A stretch of 64,000 nucleotides of DNA from Octopus bimaculoides. Taxonomy: Eukaryota. The number at the start of each line of letters is the position of its first letter. Within the stretch, counting starts at the first letter, position 1. The notes below the pieces were generated by a model, which was not told where the DNA came from, ran no database searches, and was given only the letters and a program-made list of their open reading frames with translations. The position numbers were made by a program, and so were the translations under genes. Below are positions 1-64,000 of the stretch, in pieces. The stretch spans positions 124,110,282-124,174,281 of the forward strand of contig NC_068981.1 of assembly GCF_001194135.2 (NCBI RefSeq), read 5' to 3'.

Positions 1-1117
1 TTAAATGGTTATTCAGAAAACCAACAGGGAAGCTGCAAATTCAGTTTATTTATATTCTGTTAATATGCATTACTTGGATTAAAAAACATTTAGTTCTGTT
101 TAATCCTAGAAATTACTGGTTTAATTTTATTGTGACACAAACAATTCAGACATAAAGCTTAAAGTGACATACTTAAGAGCATAATGAAATATTAACTTTC
201 ATATAAATGTATAGTTAATTAGCTGAAATATAATGCAAGTCTGAAAACATCATTATGACTTTGATTGACAGTGACTACATTCAGGATATTGATTTAAACC
301 ATCATTAAGTTTGATGTATAAGCAAAGAGACGGTCATTGTATGTTCTATATACAAAATTGTCACAAGAAATTTCTGATTACAAATACCAATATAAACCAA
401 CACTTGCAGCACTTTCCTGTATATTGTTCTTGTCTGCAGCATTTCAAAAAGTTTCTATAGCAGTATGGTTCTAATAGGTGAGAACATAATGCATATGGCA
501 GGAGTATCCATCACTCCATAGAAGTGAGAAAAATATAAAAGCATAATGATCTGTAATATCTAATGCCAAATGCTCAATTATTACACTATACTCCTTAAAA
601 CAGTACAATATTGTCTCAAACCGAACTGACATAACTAGACTATTAACAAAGATCTGGAAATGTGAGGTCTTCAAATATTACTAACAATAAAACACACACA
701 TGCACACACATAACCATAGTCCTTATTATTGTAATGTGAAGATAGACATTAAAATCTAGATAAGAGATTCATCGTGAAGAAAATGTTAATTTCATTATGA
801 TGAAACCATAAAGAGTGAAACTGTCTAAAGCTAAGATTACATTACCATACAACAGTAAGGATATCAACTCATATAAGGATATCCAAGTACATTGATGGTT
901 AGTGTGCTGAGAAACAGAAGTGAAGAACTCAGATTATTAGTATATTAAAAAAAAGACAGGGTATCTGCACAAATAATATATTGAAACTGGATAAATAGCT
1001 AAATAAGCATATAGGTAAATAGAAAATATGACAGTTGCAAATCTGAGAAAATAATAAAAGTAAGTAACTAAATGTATTCTTACTAAGAGGTCGTGGATCA
1101 GTATGCTGGGTCTACAG

Positions 1118-1118
<1 letters not shown>

Positions 1119-1144
<26 letters not shown>
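1119..1144. repeat. (TA)n microsatellite; others: (CA)n ~4486-4550, (ATT)n ~5025-5066, 20788-20841, 21057-21095, (GA)n 31849-31975 and 32786-32835, (TG)n ~32844-32883
   Basis: Directly visible perfect di- and trinucleotide runs. Confidence 0.95.
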
Positions 1145-1167
<23 letters not shown>

Positions 1168-1272
1168 TCTCTAAAATGCTGCTGCTCAAACCAAAGTATA
1201 GCCAGTAGTTGTAACAAACTGCTAATAAATAAATACACATGCTTTCCAAATTTAGGAATTAGTATCACTCAC

Positions 1273-60496
<59,224 letters not shown>

Positions 60497-60943
60497 CTAG
60501 CAACAAAAAGGAAATCCTAGATTAATGGCACATACATGCTAGTGAACACATCACATTACCAAAACACCTTTAGAGATCAATTACATAGAGTAGCTGATGA
60601 ACAAAGCTTCCAAAGCTGGAACCTTCAACTAATAACAGATTTTTCAATTTTGAGGAATATGTAACCAAGCAGTCAGTTAGTACGAACAACTTAGATAGCT
60701 TAAAGTTTTCAGTTTTATCCCAGAGAGTAGGTGAACTGCTTTTCAAAGCTCTGGCATCAATACAATCAATATATGTTATAATACTATACTTTTAAGGAAA
60801 TCAATGCTAGTCTAAATCACTATACATTGCAAAATTACTAAAATAATACCGGATCAGCCACATGAACCCGCATCAAAATCATTTTCAGCCTGAATCAAGA
60901 AGATGTGTTTAAAATCCAGTACAGATAAATAATTATAATTCAA

Positions 60944-61888
60944 CTAGCAGAAATACCGGGTGTTGCCAAGGTTAAAGAGAATACTGAAATTTAAAAACAC
61001 CATCTAGATTACGCAGGTCTCAACATCTAGTAGCTGAGATACCAACTTTTTACATTAATAATTGTCAAACCCATGCCACCATAGAACACAGACATTAAGT
61101 GAAATGTTAAAAGAAAGTTTTCAACTCATATATGTATATAAGGCAAATACACGTAATTCAAAAACACATTTTGTGTAGCTTATTTCGTAACCAGAAAAAC
61201 ATGTGCAGATTATAAACAATGAATGGCTGATTTTGGTGATTCATTCGACAAACGTAGTAGAGAGCCAATCCAATGATAAATCTGACCTTCGATCTTGAAA
61301 GTTTGCATGAATCCTGGCTCAGTTAAATCTCGTCGCTCCAAATGATGTAGTGCAGCATTGTATTGTCTAATTTTGTTTTGGAAGTGCTTGGAATCTTGGT
61401 CAGTTGATGACAACAGTTTCTTGCAGCACAGTGCAGGTGTCTCTCCAGGCTACTTCCTTGCTTTACAATGTATGCACTCACTTATCATTGCACCAATGCA
61501 AACTCTAGCATCATCTGCATAAGAACTGCGGGATCATAATTGAAAGCTGTTTCATAGAAGTTGCTTGTCTGAGCTGTTGCAACTGCGCTTCGTTCTGCAG
61601 TGGAGATCCTATTCCTTGTCAGCTGTGCATACCTCTGTTCATCACTGAGATGCTCTGGCTTTTGTAGTGCATGATCCGTTCATTTCTTGGTGTGCTTCTC
61701 TTTCTGCAGCTGTCTCTCTTTCCCTGGACAGAGACATTCATTTGGCTGACTTTGACATTGTAGATAAATTTGACACTTTCCTTCTAGGCATGGTTAAATA
61801 CGTATACAGAAATACACGGGCGCAGAAGATAGTAAACATTGAAAATAACTGGTTAACGGAAATTATAATTCTTATATAACATAAACGA
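60944..61888 (-). mobile_element. Internally deleted non-autonomous Helitron with both termini
   Basis: 5' A|TC at 61888; 3' degenerate hairpin CCTTGGCAACACCCGG, 8-nt spacer, CTAG|T at 60944-60947; Rep N-terminal peptides MPRRKVSNLS and DSKHFQNKIRQYN...EPGFMQTFKIEGQIYHWIGSLL. Confidence 0.85.
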
Positions 61889-62320
61889 TATCTGGTCATA
61901 GAAAGTCCGCTCCAACAAATTCCATCTAGTCATTCAAGCATGGGAAAATGATGAATATCCAATGGGTTACTACCTATCTTCAATTGTAATGAAAGACAGA
62001 ATAACATGCTCTGACTACTACACTGCAAAATATGTGGCCAAACACTACATGTCAAGTCCTAAAACAGAATGTAGAGCCAAGAAAGTATCTCAACACCACC
62101 ACTAGTTTCTTGAATGGCAGTGTACAGCATGGTCCCAGAAACAGACCAAGACATGATAGAGGCAGAACCCAAAACCCCATGGACTGATCTTCAAGGTTTC
62201 ATTGGTAACTGCCATATCATCATTCTGCTTATACAGAACTGACTAGAATTACACAAAAAGAACTCCTTTAAAAGATTCCAATGACAATATTAAGTACTGA
62301 GAATTTACTTTCTCAAGCTA

Positions 62321-63513
62321 TTGGTTTGGCAACTAAGTTCCCGCCGTGTTTTTAAATTTTGGAATTTATTGCTTTTTAAAATTTTGGAATCTATATTTTA
62401 TGAGATTTCTATTTTTGAATCATTGTGGAATCTTTTTTTTTTTCTAGTTAATTTTAATTTTTGTTTATTTTGATATCATTAAAATGGAATGTCAAGTTAA
62501 GAAAAACAAGCATTTTCAACACCACCTTCTTTTTGCTTTTAATCAAGGTTCTAAGGCCACAAACGCTGCGCGCAACATTTGTGCTTTGTATGGAGAGGGT
62601 GCCATAGCTGATAGAACCGCTCATGATTGGTATGCCAAGTTCAAAAATAGAAATTTTAACCTCTGGCCGTCCATTTGAGTTTGATGAAGAGCGATTAAAC
62701 CAACTTTTGCATGAAAATTCTCGTCAAACGACAAAGGAACTGGCAAAGAAAATGGAATGCTCCCACAGAGAAGCATCTTCACTCGAATGGGAAAGGTTCA
62801 GAAGTATGGAGCATGGGTTCCGCGTGCTCTAAGTGACAACAAAAATCAACAAGCCACAATCTCCGCTGGTTTGCTTGCCCATCACTGCTCAACTCATGGT
62901 CACAAGCAACAATTTCTTTACCGAATCGTTACCGGCGACGAAAAATGGTGCCTGTACATCAATATGAAGCAGCGTAAGGAATGGCTTAGCCCCAGTAAAC
63001 AAGCGACACTGCGCATGAAACAAGATCTTCATCCACGTAAAACATGCGTATGGTGGAACTGGGATGGGATTATCCATTACAAATTGCTTGAATAGAACCA
63101 TACGGTCAACGTGGAACTCTATGATCAACAGATGAAACAACTCAACATGGCTATTCAAGAGAAAAGACCTAATCAGCAGCATGGAGTTTTTCTGCTGCAC
63201 AACTCCCACCCTCATATCGCCAATATGACCGAGGAAGCCATTTAAACACATGGCTGGGAAGTGCTGCCACACCCGCCGTACTCTCCTGATTTGGCACCAA
63301 CGGATTTCCACCTCTTTCGAGATCTCTTTCAAATGCTATGCATGGAGTTTCATTCAATACTGATGCAGAATTGAGAGCTTGGTTGGATCAATTTTTCAAG
63401 TCGAAATCGGGTGATTTCTACCAATGAGGTATTGAAAATTTTGTTGAACGTTGGGAAGAAGTTGTAAACAACAAGGCTGAATACATTATTGATTAATTAG
63501 TTGTTATTTTTTA
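62321..63513 (+). mobile_element. Mariner transposon (mellifera-like), pseudogenised transposase 62484-63496
   Basis: TA + TIR TTGGTTTGGCAACTAAG; motifs WVPRAL, TGDEKW, YSPDLAPTDFHLF; second catalytic D lost (HNSHPH); frameshifts and stops. The right TIR is not in the window. Confidence 0.92.
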
Positions 63514-63517
63514 TTAA

Positions 63518-64000
63518 CCCTTTCGTTGCCAAAGCCGCCCAAAAAAAATTTTGGTTCATGTGACCAAGCCGCCCGTAATCACATATTCATATTTAAATGA
63601 GAATATCAGAGCAAATCTCGTTAGTACATTCAGGAAAACATGTGATTATACTGCGTAAACAGTTCAGCTATAGTTTTGTACAACGATTGATATGTTATTT
63701 TAATTTTGTGAGATTTTTTTCCAAATTTGTTCCTGTTGTGTTTTTAAAATTTGTAATTCTGACAAAAACTGGATACGAATTTTATTCTGTCAAGCAGCGA
63801 GTCAGAATTTGAAGGATTTTCCATTGAAGACTTTGATAAATCTAACTCTGTAACCAGAAAAAAAAGCACATGGTATTTGATAATGAATCTGAAGTTTCAT
63901 TTTCCGAAAGTGAAAGCAGTGAATCCGAGAGCTCCGATGACAGCGATATAGAGAATGAATTGGTACCTGAATAGAGTGAAAATTTAAAAACTGTTTCTTT
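63518..64000 (+). mobile_element. piggyBac transposon left end (partial)
   Basis: TTAA (63514-63517) + CCCTTTCGTTGCCAA; twice-repeated AAGCCGCCC; degenerate acidic N-terminus SSSESEFEGF...SESESSESESSDDSDIENE. Confidence 0.8.

Noticed and set aside
471-674. 67-aa ORF and most other 60-125-aa ORF-track entries (CVCV, HTHT, RERE, IYIY, NNNN runs)
   Set aside because: Microsatellite or repeat read-through with no homology or splice logic.
60931-61871. AATTATAATTC direct repeat near both Helitron ends
   Set aside because: One copy is inside the element, Helitrons make no TSD, and it is a low-complexity AT palindrome.

Overview
AT-rich animal genomic DNA with microsatellites, tRNA-derived SINEs and three small N-gaps (15872-15927, 19041-19050, 31900-31936). 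The repeat repertoire looks like octopus/coleoid cephalopod, which is an inference from repeat families I recognise. One protein-coding gene spans almost the whole window on the minus strand: the Prp40/PRPF40A(B) splicing-factor orthologue (Pro-rich N-terminus, 2 WW domains, FF-domain array, RS/K-rich tail). I reconstructed 21 GT-AG exons by hand (60496 down to 1273; 2563 nt, 854 codons, all phases consistent), including a 28-nt microexon needed for frame and several exons absent from the ORF track. The first and last exons appear to lie outside the window. Introns are packed with mostly degenerate mobile DNA: three SINE families, an RTE-tailed repeat, RTE/CR1-like LINE remnants, piggyBac/hAT/Tigger MITEs, Helitron, Chapaev3, a mariner interrupted by a piggyBac, and a Penelope-like fragment carrying a degenerate hammerhead ribozyme. 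I cannot demonstrate a new biological system from sequence alone. The best leads are candidate splicing regulation of this splicing-factor gene (microexons after WW2, a candidate poison exon plus a hairpin cluster in one intron, inverted SINEs around symmetric exons), a 142-nt foldback hairpin, and the hammerhead motif.
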